NCBI GenBank assembly: GCA_024653325.1 | Contig: JANLFX010000006.1 | Coordinates: forward strand, 2,803 to 66,802 | DNA length: 64,000 nt | DNA from: Anaerolineae bacterium | GTDB taxonomy: Bacteria; Chloroflexota; Anaerolineae; JACIWR01 | Direction of reading: 5' to 3' | Part shown: positions 33,548 through 42,247 of the stretch, one piece after another | Layout of the letters: every line of letters begins with the position of its first letter | Numbering within the stretch: position 1 is the first letter of the stretch | Notes under the pieces: model-generated | The model's database searches: none | Told to the model about the DNA's origin: nothing | Seen by the model: the letters and a program-made list of their open reading frames with translations, nothing else | Translations under genes and position numbers: made by a program

Positions 33548-35944
33548 TTATTCCTTGCCGATCAGGAAGTAGTGGAGCTGCATCAGCGGGTCCAGGGTGA
33601 TGCCCGTGACACCCTTTGCGTAGGCGATGTACAACGCACCCTGCGCAAACGGGGTGGTGGGGTTCTCCTCGAACCACATTTCCTGGATCTGCTCGTAGAG
33701 TTGCGCCCGCTTGGCCTGATCGGTCTCCACTTGCGCAGCCTCCAGCAGGGCATCCATCTCAGGATTGCTGTAGTAGGTGCCGATACCCTTGGTGGCCGTG
33801 GAATGGGCGAAGGGCCAGGTGTAGTTGTCGGGGTCCAGGTAGTCTGGGTACCAACCCAGCAGGAAGACGGGCATGGAGCCAGCGTTGCGGTACTGCTTGT
33901 AGGTAGCCCACTCGGCGCTCTGCAGGTTGATCTGGATCACCCCGGTGGCCTCGTACTGGTCCTTGATGAGGGCCACCACGTCGGCCTCGGTGTCGCCGTA
34001 GTGATCCGGGCTCCACCACAGGTCCATCACCAGCGGGTTGCTTTCGTTGAACCCGGCTTCGGCCAGCAAGGCTTTGGCCTGCTCCAGGTCAGGCTCCTCG
34101 GGGTAGAAGACTTTGTGGCCCAGGAAGCCCGGCGGGATCATGCTGTAAAGCGGCACCTTGGTCCCCTGGAAGCCGACATCGGCGATCTGCGCCCGGTCGA
34201 GGCACAGGGCCAGCGCCTTGCGCACACGGGGATCGTCGAAAGGCTTGGTCTGGGATTGGTAGCACACGTAGCGGATCTCGGTGCCTGGTCCCTGCTCTAC
34301 CACGATGTTCGGGTTGGCGCGCAGGCGTTCTAGGTCAGCTGGCAGGAGGGTCTTCCAGGCTACGTCAATCTCCCCGTTCTCCAGGGCCAGGGCCATGGCC
34401 GCAGCGTCGGCGAAGTAGCGGACAATGATCTTGTCGGCGACGGCAGGTTTGCCGTAGTAGGTCGGGTTGCGCTCGAAGACTGCTTCCTCGTCCCGCTTCC
34501 AACTGGTGCAGACGTAGGGGCCGATACCACCGGAGTAGTTATCCGCCTGGTACTCAGTGGTGCTCCACAGATTGGGGTTCAAGATCTTGTAGGGGTTGGT
34601 CGCCACCAGTTGCGGGAAGAAGCCGACCGGGGCCTTGAGCACAAACTTGACCGTGTAGTCGTCTATCTTCTCGATGTGGTCCACGTAGGCGGACACCAGG
34701 AAGGCCACCTCACCGGCCAGGGTCTTCTCCATGTCAATGACCCGGTTGATGGTGAATACCACGGCGTCGGCATTGAAAGGCGTACCATCGGGGAAGGTGA
34801 CGCCCTGTTTGAGCTTGAAGGTATATTCCAGGCCGTCCTCGCTGATAGTAGGCCAGTCGGCGGCCAGGCCCAGTTCGAGCTCACCGGATGTGCCTGGCAC
34901 GTTGTTCAGCAGGCCATCGGCGATCTGATGCGTGAACTCCCAGTCGGGGAAACTGTAGGCATCGGCGGGGTCAAGCGTGGCCGGCTTGTCGGTGGTGCCG
35001 ATGATGATGCGGACTTCGGCTTCCCCTGGCTTCACCTTCTTGGTGATGTCTATACCGTACCACTTCAGCGAGAGCTTGGTCAGGGTGCCGTCTTCGTGCA
35101 TGGCAGCGATGATCTCGTTGAACTTGGCCAGGGCTTTGTCGCTGGGGCCGCGCTTCTTATCCAGGGCAAAAGCCAGCGGCTCGTAGAAAGCCGGGGTACC
35201 CACGTACTTGAGTGGCACGCCGCTGTCAATCGCGTTCTGGATTGTGGGCTGAGCGGACATCACGGCATCCAGGCGGACACCGTCACCCAGAGCTAGGTCC
35301 TGGATCGCCTCGGCGTCAGTGCTATAAGGCACTACCTGGACACCCGCCGGCGGGTCGTACATGATTTCCCCGCCCAGGATTTGCAGTTTCCCGGCCAGGT
35401 AATCCTCGTAAGTGGTGGCCGTGCCGAGCCCCACCTTCTTGCCCGCCAGGTCTTCCACCGAGGTGATGGTAGTGTTATCTTTGTGAACGGCGAAAGAAGC
35501 GGGGGTGTAGTAGTAAGGATCGGTGAACCACAGGACCTCCGCACGAGCCTCGGTAGGGGTCATGGAGCCGATGCTCACGTCCCAACGGCCGCCCCAGTTA
35601 CCGGCGGTGATCATGTCCCAGTCCGGGGTGACGAACTCCACCTGCACTCCCAGGCGCTTGGCCACTTCCTGAGCGACGTTGATGTCAAAGCCGTCAAGCT
35701 CGCCCTTATCGTTCAGGAAGCTCTGCGGGGCGTAGTTGGGGTCGGTGGAGACCACCAGTTTGCCCGCTTCCATGATTTGATCCAGCAGGCCCTTTTCCGC
35801 TGCTGGTGGGCTGGTGGGAGTGGGGGTGGGCTTCTCCGCTGGAGGCGCAGTGGGAGCTACCGTGGTTTTGGGTGGGCAGCCGGTGAGCGCTGCCAGCACC
35901 AAGCTGAGAATTACGAATATGCTCAGAATACGTAGTGTTTTCAC
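33548..35944 (-). CDS. two-headed substrate-binding lipoprotein: family 3 (amino-acid type) domain fused to family 5 (peptide/nickel type) domain
   Basis: GTG 35944 lies 6 nt after GGAGGAG. Lipobox LAALTGC and a Pro/Thr linker. GKLVVSTDPNYAPQSFLNDKGELDGFDINVAQEVAKRLG (family 3). Then TLDPADAY...IADGLLN...LAADWPTISEDGLEYTFKLKQGVTFPDGTPFNADAVVFT (family 5) through to the C-terminus. Confidence 0.85.
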   Translation of the reverse strand: MKTLRILSIFVILSLVLAALTGCPPKTTVAPTAPPAEKPTPTPTSPPAAEKGLLDQIMEAGKLVVSTDPNYAPQSFLNDKGELDGFDINVAQEVAKRLGVQVEFVTPDWDMITAGNWGGRWDVSIGSMTPTEARAEVLWFTDPYYYTPASFAVHKDNTTITSVEDLAGKKVGLGTATTYEDYLAGKLQILGGEIMYDPPAGVQVVPYSTDAEAIQDLALGDGVRLDAVMSAQPTIQNAIDSGVPLKYVGTPAFYEPLAFALDKKRGPSDKALAKFNEIIAAMHEDGTLTKLSLKWYGIDITKKVKPGEAEVRIIIGTTDKPATLDPADAYSFPDWEFTHQIADGLLNNVPGTSGELELGLAADWPTISEDGLEYTFKLKQGVTFPDGTPFNADAVVFTINRVIDMEKTLAGEVAFLVSAYVDHIEKIDDYTVKFVLKAPVGFFPQLVATNPYKILNPNLWSTTEYQADNYSGGIGPYVCTSWKRDEEAVFERNPTYYGKPAVADKIIVRYFADAAAMALALENGEIDVAWKTLLPADLERLRANPNIVVEQGPGTEIRYVCYQSQTKPFDDPRVRKALALCLDRAQIADVGFQGTKVPLYSMIPPGFLGHKVFYPEEPDLEQAKALLAEAGFNESNPLVMDLWWSPDHYGDTEADVVALIKDQYEATGVIQINLQSAEWATYKQYRNAGSMPVFLLGWYPDYLDPDNYTWPFAHSTATKGIGTYYSNPEMDALLEAAQVETDQAKRAQLYEQIQEMWFEENPTTPFAQGALYIAYAKGVTGITLDPLMQLHYFLIGKE

Positions 35945-36301
35945 AGTTCTCTCCTCCTTCGTAATATCGCATGGCACTCAATAAGCGACTTCGGATTTCA
36001 TTGGATACGCTTCTTGGTCTGGATGACATCACCTCCTTTCAAATTAAAATTACAGCCATTGTGAAACTCTGCGTTGAGTGGTTGGTGAGGAGTTAGTCGG
36101 CGGTTAGGCGGTCTTGTGACTGGGACTGGAAAGTGGTGAGTCTGGCCCATCACCTGGGAGGGCGGGGGTATGGATCGGGTTGGCAAACCCGACCTCCGGT
36201 ACCTGCCTGCTCCGAATCTTACCCTGAGCAGGGTCGAAAGGACAACCGAAAGGGGCAAGCTGCTCCCTGCACCCCCGCTTGAGTCTGAATAATTGCGTAT
36301 T

Positions 36302-36330
36302 AGTATAATAGAAATGGCCCAAGCTGTCAA
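36302..36330 (-). promoter_or_regulatory. near-consensus internal promoter (TTGACA - 17 nt - TATACT) overlapping the stop codon of the upstream binding-protein gene
   Basis: Minus strand TTGACA (36330-36325; the TGA stop 36329-36327 lies inside it), 17-nt spacer, TATACT (36307-36302). Predicts a leader of about 350 nt before GTG 35944. Confidence 0.5.
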
Positions 36331-38630
36331 GGTGACGTTTTAAGCGCGTTTTCCCTGAAGCCTGCAAACACGAGTTTAAAGAAACGGAATTCCCCTTGCC
36401 GTCCACGGTGATAGCGGTTCTCTTCATCCCACCAGCGTTCAAAATTGAACACCACGGCGTTGGCGTCAAGAGGGGTGCCGTCCTGGAAAATTATTCCCTG
36501 GCGCAGGTAGAAGGTGTAGGTCAGCCCGTCGTCGGAAACGGTATAATGCTCCGCCAGCCAGGGTTCTGGCGTGGAAGTGCCTGGCTTGAAACGCATTAAC
36601 CCTTCGGTGATCTGACTACCTACCTGCCAGGCGGTGGGATCAGTCTCGTCGGCCAGGTCCAGGCCCGGCGGTTCGCCGGACAGGGCATGAGTGTAGGTCT
36701 GCTGGCCATTGCTCGCCAGGCGGAAGTCCTCGCAGCCGATGGCGCTTGGGGTGAGGCCCGCTACTGACTTCTGCGCACCCAGGGTTTCGGCAAAAGCCAC
36801 CAGAGGCACGACCAGAGCTTCGTCGTAGATGGCCTGGTTGATTTGACTGTAGAGTTTCTGCCGCTGACCAGGGCTGGGCTGGCCGCGCGCTTTTGCCAAC
36901 AGCTCCAGTAATTCCGGGTTAACAGCGCTGCCCAGGGAGGTATTTGTCGGCGTCAGGATGGGCGTCAGATAGCTATCGGCGTCGGGGATGGTCGAAGCCC
37001 AACCCAGGATGGCCAGAGGCGCTTTGCCGCCGATGACCTGATCGCTGAAAGTCAGAAGATCAGCAGTGGTTATCTGTACGGTGACGCTGATTGCTGCCAG
37101 GTCCTTCTGAATGGCCGCCGCTACCTGAGCAGGAGCGGCCGTCAGGTAAGGGGGTAGGGCCGGTGGCACCCACAGCGTGGTGGTGAAGCCCTGGGTATAG
37201 CCGACGGAGGCCAACAGCGAGCGTGCTTTGCCAGGATCATAGGTATAAGTGGGCGCTTTCTTGTCGTATCCGAAAACCGCTGGCGGGATCAGGCTGCGGG
37301 CCACCTGGCCGTTTTCGGGGAACGCCGTCTTTACCAGACCTTCGCGGTCTATAGCGTGATTCAGGGCCTGCCGCACCTGAAGGCTGTCCAGCGGGGCAAA
37401 GTCCTGATTGATGGCCAGATAACCAATGGCCCGCGCCGGGCGAAGGAGCACCTGAGTCGCTTTGTTTTCTTTCAGCGTGGCCATAGCTGGCAGGGATAGC
37501 CCGTCGGCACTATCCACTGTGCCGCTGAGCACGGCCTGGGCCCGCAGTTCGGGGTCGGGGGTGATGGTGAAGATCAGGGTTTGCGTTTTGGCCGGTTCGC
37601 CCCAATAGCTCTCATTGCGGGTGAGGATGATAGCCTCGCCCGCTTTCCATTCCGTCAATTGGAAGGGGCCGGTGCCCACCGGATGCCGATACAAGTCATT
37701 GGGGTGCTCACGGATGGCCGTGGGGCTCATCAGGCCCAGGGGAGGCATGGCCAGGCTGGACAGGAAAGTACCATCCGGTCGGTTGAGGATGATCTGGACG
37801 GTGTATTCGTCCAGGGCAGAGACGAACTTGATGAGCCCTTTTGGTTCGGGGATAACCAGTTCCGGCGGGGTGGTCCACTTGTGGATCAGTTCATCTATCA
37901 GGCCTTGGGCTTGGACGGTGGACAGGCCGGCGTTGAGTTTATCGCGCAGGGCAGTATTGCCTTGGCGCACGGCGATGCCCAGGTATTCGGTGGTGAAAGG
38001 TTCACCAGCAATTTGGAGTTGGCCGTCGTAGCTGTACACAAAATCGAAAGCAGCCGGGGCCGCGGTGACGACGGCGTCAAGTTGTTTATTAGCCAGGTCC
38101 ACGAAAGCCAGGTCAATCGTGTCGTAAGTCTGAATGACGGCGCCTTCGATTTTCTCGACGGCCTCGGCGCCGGCGGAACGCAACTGGACGCCAACCTTAC
38201 GCCCGACCAGGTCGCGGTGACTGTGGATGTCCTCCGTTCCAGTGCGCACGACGACCACCTGCCCGGCGTTAAGATAGGGTTGAGTGAAGTCGGCCAGCTC
38301 CTCCAGTTCGGGGGTGATGCGCAGAGAGGAGATCACTGCGTCGAACTGGCCCGCGTCCAACCCGGCGATGAGGGTGTTGGCGGGCGTGTCCACGAATTCG
38401 GCCTCCAGACCCACCGCTTCGGCGACGGCCCGCATCAAATCCACGTCCAGCCCTACCAATTCGCCCTGCTCGTCGAGGAATTCCATTGGTGGCTGGGTGG
38501 CGCTCGTGCCGACAATAATAGTAGTAGCCTCCGGGCGTGGCGGTGTGGCCACCTCGATGGGTGCGCAACCGGCCAATGCCAAGGCGACCGCTACTGTGAT
38601 CAGGGCGGCCATTATAATTTTGACTCTCAC
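36327..38630 (-). CDS. second two-headed binding lipoprotein: family 3 domain + circularly permuted family 5 domain
   Basis: GTG 38630 lies 7 nt after GGAGGG. Lipobox LALAGC. TSATQPPMEFLDEQGELVGLDVDLMRAVAEAVG (family 3). The family 5 part starts mid-domain (VSALDEYTVQIILNRPDG...PVGTGPFQL...). The usual N-terminal segment (ITEGLMRFKPG...WLAEHYTVSDDGLTYTFYLRQGIIFQDGTPLDANAVVFNFERW) sits at the C-terminus. Confidence 0.85.
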   Translation of the reverse strand: MRVKIIMAALITVAVALALAGCAPIEVATPPRPEATTIIVGTSATQPPMEFLDEQGELVGLDVDLMRAVAEAVGLEAEFVDTPANTLIAGLDAGQFDAVISSLRITPELEELADFTQPYLNAGQVVVVRTGTEDIHSHRDLVGRKVGVQLRSAGAEAVEKIEGAVIQTYDTIDLAFVDLANKQLDAVVTAAPAAFDFVYSYDGQLQIAGEPFTTEYLGIAVRQGNTALRDKLNAGLSTVQAQGLIDELIHKWTTPPELVIPEPKGLIKFVSALDEYTVQIILNRPDGTFLSSLAMPPLGLMSPTAIREHPNDLYRHPVGTGPFQLTEWKAGEAIILTRNESYWGEPAKTQTLIFTITPDPELRAQAVLSGTVDSADGLSLPAMATLKENKATQVLLRPARAIGYLAINQDFAPLDSLQVRQALNHAIDREGLVKTAFPENGQVARSLIPPAVFGYDKKAPTYTYDPGKARSLLASVGYTQGFTTTLWVPPALPPYLTAAPAQVAAAIQKDLAAISVTVQITTADLLTFSDQVIGGKAPLAILGWASTIPDADSYLTPILTPTNTSLGSAVNPELLELLAKARGQPSPGQRQKLYSQINQAIYDEALVVPLVAFAETLGAQKSVAGLTPSAIGCEDFRLASNGQQTYTHALSGEPPGLDLADETDPTAWQVGSQITEGLMRFKPGTSTPEPWLAEHYTVSDDGLTYTFYLRQGIIFQDGTPLDANAVVFNFERWWDEENRYHRGRQGEFRFFKLVFAGFRENALKTSP

Positions 38631-38736
38631 CCCGCGTTCCCTCCGGAAGTGTAATATTTGAATCGTCGTAATTAGCGATTCTCCAGCAGGTTGCTGCTGA
38701 TCGGTAACAACTCCAAGTGCCTGGGCAGAGGCACTG

Positions 38737-40011
38737 TTACTGGCCTTGTACGTTGCGCAGAACGACGGGCAGGTAGGCCACACTCGCTGCCTGCTGAACA
38801 CTGACGGTGACTTCTTGAGTAGGCCAGTTCTGCTGCCAACCGAACCAGGTCACCCCTTCCTTGACCATGTCCCACTTCAGGACGTAGGTCCCCGGCTGGA
38901 GAGGGGCCAGGACCTTGGCATTCAGCCACACATCGCCGCTTGGCCCCACGTCCTGGCCCAGATCGGTGCGCAGCCCGTCTCAGGTGATGACGTTTTGGCC
39001 GCTGCTATCGTACCAGTGGTACGATAGACGCACCGGGTTGCTGCCCCCGTGACTCCACGTCGCGTTGCCCGTGTTCTGGATGCGCATTTGCACATTATAA
39101 CCCATTCCGGTCAGCATGGTAGTAGGCGTGTGAGACAGGGGACCATAGTAATCCTCGCCGTACGTGCCGTGAAAGCGGATGTCCGGCGTCACGTCCAGCC
39201 AGGCCCAGCGATAGTTGTAGTCCGCGCCCGACAGCCGGACGTGGGCGTAGTAGTGAGTGAGCATCTGGCGGTAGTCCCAGGGGGCGGCGCCGGCATAGCC
39301 GGTCAGCTCCCAGGCGTGGGTGGCGTTCTGTGACATGCCCGGTTGGTGAGTGCCGATGGCGTTATTGCTGTCCACCGGGTCGGGGACGGAGACCAGGGTC
39401 TCAGATTCCAGTGAACTGCTGGCGGTGGGATTGCCGCAGTTGGCGAAGTACTTGGCGCAGGCATAGTCCCAGTCCGAGCGGAAGACCCGCACAAGAAGGG
39501 TGTCGTTTACCGCGTCGCGATGCGCCTGAGTGATGGTGTTCTGGCCTGTCTGCTGGGCGGGATTGAGCCAGTAGCTTTGTGACCAACTATTCTCCACTGA
39601 AAGCGACGTGAAAGGTGGCCAGGGAAGGTTATGGGTACGAGCGAGAACGGCACCACAACCTGGACCTATTTCCCTGTGAGCGAAGGTGTGGATGGCCACC
39701 GCGCCGGCCCGCAGGGCTTGATCCTGCGACAACCAATGCCACTCGTTGGCCAGCACCTGGGGCGCGTAGGCAGTACCGGTAACAGTGTCGAAATCGTAGC
39801 CAATAGGACCGAAATCTTGCTCTGGATCGCTGCATCGCCTGCCACAGACGTAGACCCATTCGAAGCCGCCCTGATAAACCGGGTGCTCATTGGGAGCGTG
39901 CGGATTGCCGGCATAGACAGGTGTTTGAGTAGACCTTTCAATCTCTATCGCAGCACACAGGATCACGATGGCAACGAAGGACGGGCAAACTGCTCTGGGC
40001 ATGGCTTTCAT
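38737..40011 (-). pseudogene. secreted protein with C-terminal Ig-like (NBR1-like) domain, interrupted by one in-frame TGA (38982-38980)
   Basis: ORFs 38980..40017 and 38737..38949 share one frame. The read-through sequence ...SYHWYDSSGQNVIT*DGLRTDLGQDVGPSGDVWLNAKVLAPLQPGTYVLKWDMVKEGVTWFG is a single continuous domain. ATG 40011 lies 6 nt after GGGAGA. N-terminal signal-anchor present. Confidence 0.7.
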
Positions 40012-40029
40012 GTCCAATCTCCCGATGTA

Positions 40030-41412
40030 TCAAGGTTTCTGCTGCAGGGTGATGATAGCGGCATTGGGCAGACCCGATGGCTCCCACATCAGCCGTGAGT
40101 AGCCAATCTGCGTGCCCGTCGGCGACCAGTGAGGGAAGAGCACAAAGCCCACGCGGCTCTCACCTAGAGGATGCAAACCACTCCCATCCCGATTGACTAT
40201 CCACAGCGATGACTCCTGGCCTCGCACGAAGGCGATAGCCTGGCTATCCGGCGACCAGGTGGGAGCTATTAACTCGTCCCACTCCCGTTCGGCGGTGGCG
40301 ATAGGATGCGGGTCTGAACCGTCGGCATTGACCACCCACAGGTCGCCGCTGATAGGCTCGTAGCGACCAAAGACGGTAAAGGCCAGGTAACGGCTGTCTG
40401 GCGACCAGGCAATAGCCTGTCGCCCGCCAGTTTCGTTGCACTTATCGGCTATCATTGTTGCTTGAGAACCGTCTAGGTTGGCGATCCACAGCTCTCCCGC
40501 CTTCTCTCCCGGAATCCAGGCCACCTTGCGCCCATCAGGAGATATCCAGTAGAGCCCCGGCACGGGCTGTTCTGTGGTGATTGGTGTGATATAGATGTCG
40601 TTCAATTGGCGGGTCTCCGTCCCGTCGGACTGCACGGCGAATATGTGTCCTCCCTTCAGAAAGGTCAGCTCTCCGCTTGGCAGCCAATACATGTCCAGCA
40701 CACCGGTGAAGTCGCTGTCGGCTACCTTCCAGGATTTGAGCGTCTCAACGTCGGCCACGTAAATTTCCCCCTCGATCCCTTCGTCCTTAGCCGGCACCGA
40801 GTAGGCGATGTACTTGCCATCCGGCGACCAAGTCTCACATCCCACCCAGTCGGCCACCTTCCGCCGCTCTGTCCCATCGGCCTTCATCATCCACAAGTTA
40901 TGTAGAAACAAGCCACTCCTCGGCTTTCTCCAGTGCCATTTCGACTGTGCGGGATCGGCGAGCTCTATCAAGATGTGAGTGCCGTCCGGGGACCAGCCGA
41001 CGAACTCGAAACGGGCGTCGAAATCCACAAAGCGCACATCCGCTACCTCCAGGTTCTCGGCGCGAAAGGCTTTGGGCGGCACCATGGTCGGCGGTGGCGG
41101 GCCCACCGCCGGGGTGGGGGTGGTCAGCCCGCCGATGGGTGTAGAGGTGGGCAGCGTGAATGGTGTGGGGGTGATGCGCGCCATGGCCGTGGCCGTCGGC
41201 TCCCAGTTCCAGCGCGTTGGCGTTGGCAAAGGAGATACGAAAGGGGATTCCTGCGCAGGAGGTGAAGGTGTGCCGATGGGCGACTGCTGCTGTGTTACCG
41301 GCTCTCCCTCACCGGCTGGCCGGAAAAGCAGCACCAGCACCACGGTCAGCACCGCCAGTGCCCCCAGGCCCAACAGTCCCTTCAGCCAGTCAGCTACTCT
41401 TCTCATCGTCAT
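40030..41412 (-). CDS. membrane-anchored PD40/TolB-like beta-propeller protein
   Basis: TM anchor and Pro/Thr-rich linker, then repeated WSPDG motifs (WSPDGTHILIE, WSPDGKYIAYS, ISPDGRKVAWI, WSPDSRYLAFT, WSPDSQAIAFV, WSPTGTQIGYS). Confidence 0.85.
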   Translation of the reverse strand: MTMRRVADWLKGLLGLGALAVLTVVLVLLFRPAGEGEPVTQQQSPIGTPSPPAQESPFVSPLPTPTRWNWEPTATAMARITPTPFTLPTSTPIGGLTTPTPAVGPPPPTMVPPKAFRAENLEVADVRFVDFDARFEFVGWSPDGTHILIELADPAQSKWHWRKPRSGLFLHNLWMMKADGTERRKVADWVGCETWSPDGKYIAYSVPAKDEGIEGEIYVADVETLKSWKVADSDFTGVLDMYWLPSGELTFLKGGHIFAVQSDGTETRQLNDIYITPITTEQPVPGLYWISPDGRKVAWIPGEKAGELWIANLDGSQATMIADKCNETGGRQAIAWSPDSRYLAFTVFGRYEPISGDLWVVNADGSDPHPIATAEREWDELIAPTWSPDSQAIAFVRGQESSLWIVNRDGSGLHPLGESRVGFVLFPHWSPTGTQIGYSRLMWEPSGLPNAAIITLQQKP

Positions 41413-41538
41413 ATCTTCCCTTGGGCGCGCAAGGGCACGCCGCTCCTAACGTGCGTGCCCTTGTGACATGACCTCCTGGCTGGCGACTATTCCCCTGATC
41501 ACTTTTCCCAATCTGCGTCACCTGACACCGGCGTTCAT

Positions 41539-42246
41539 CTATCCACCCAGGTAGGCAACTTTTACCTGTGGGTTCTCGCGCAGTTCCTTAGCGGTGCCTT
41601 CCAGGACAATACGCCCTGTCTCCAGCACGTAGCCACGATGGGCCACCTGCAGGGCCATGTTGGCGTTCTGCTCCACCAGCAGAATACTCACCCCTTGCCG
41701 GTTGATCTCCTGGATGATTTCGAAGATTTCCTCGACCAGAATGGGAGCCAGGCCCATGGAGGGCTCGTCCAACAGCAAAAGTTTCGGGTCTGACATCAGT
41801 CCCCGGCTCACGGCCAGCATTTGCTGCTCGCCGCCGGAAAGGGTGCCACCGCGCTGGGCCAATCGCTCTTTCATGCGCGGGAAGCTGGCGAACACCCGTT
41901 CCATGGACCTTTGAATCCCCTGTTTGTCATTGCGGGTGAATGCGCCCATTTCCAGGTTCTCCTGGACGGTGAGGGGGGCAAATATCTTGCGGCCCTCTGG
42001 CACTTGCGAAATGCCCAGCTTGACGATCCGGTCGGCAGAGGTCTTAGTGATGTCCTGTCCCCTGAAGATTATATGCCCACTGCGTGGTCGGATCAGGCCA
42101 CAGATGGTGTTTAACGTGGTGCTCTTTCCGGCGCCGTTGGCTCCGATCAGGGTGACGATCTCGCCCTCTTCGACGTGGAAAGAAATGCCTTGCAGAGCGT
42201 GAATCGCGCCGTAGAAAACATTCAGGTCTTTAACTTCCAGAATCAT
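41539..42246 (-). CDS. livF: branched-chain amino acid ABC transporter ATP-binding protein
   Basis: ATG 42246 lies 6 nt after GGAGGTGG. MILEVKDLNVFYG, GANGAGKST, LSGGEQQM, LLLDEPSMGLAP. Confidence 0.9.
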   Translation of the reverse strand: MILEVKDLNVFYGAIHALQGISFHVEEGEIVTLIGANGAGKSTTLNTICGLIRPRSGHIIFRGQDITKTSADRIVKLGISQVPEGRKIFAPLTVQENLEMGAFTRNDKQGIQRSMERVFASFPRMKERLAQRGGTLSGGEQQMLAVSRGLMSDPKLLLLDEPSMGLAPILVEEIFEIIQEINRQGVSILLVEQNANMALQVAHRGYVLETGRIVLEGTAKELRENPQVKVAYLGG

Positions 42247-42247
42247 C

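Noticed and set aside
35706-36032. 108-aa ORF starting right after the perfect SD in the long leader
   Set aside because: The SD-to-start spacing is 0-2 nt. The product is Ser/Arg/Gly-rich junk that overlaps the real binding-protein gene out of frame.
38980-38982. Selenocysteine insertion or genome-wide TGA reassignment
   Set aside because: TGA terminates many well-defined genes here (tgt 1851-1853, uppP 2763-2765, ecfA1 14035-14037). The protein is extracytoplasmic and non-redox. No convincing SECIS hairpin is visible. I keep it as a finding only as a disrupted or read-through gene.
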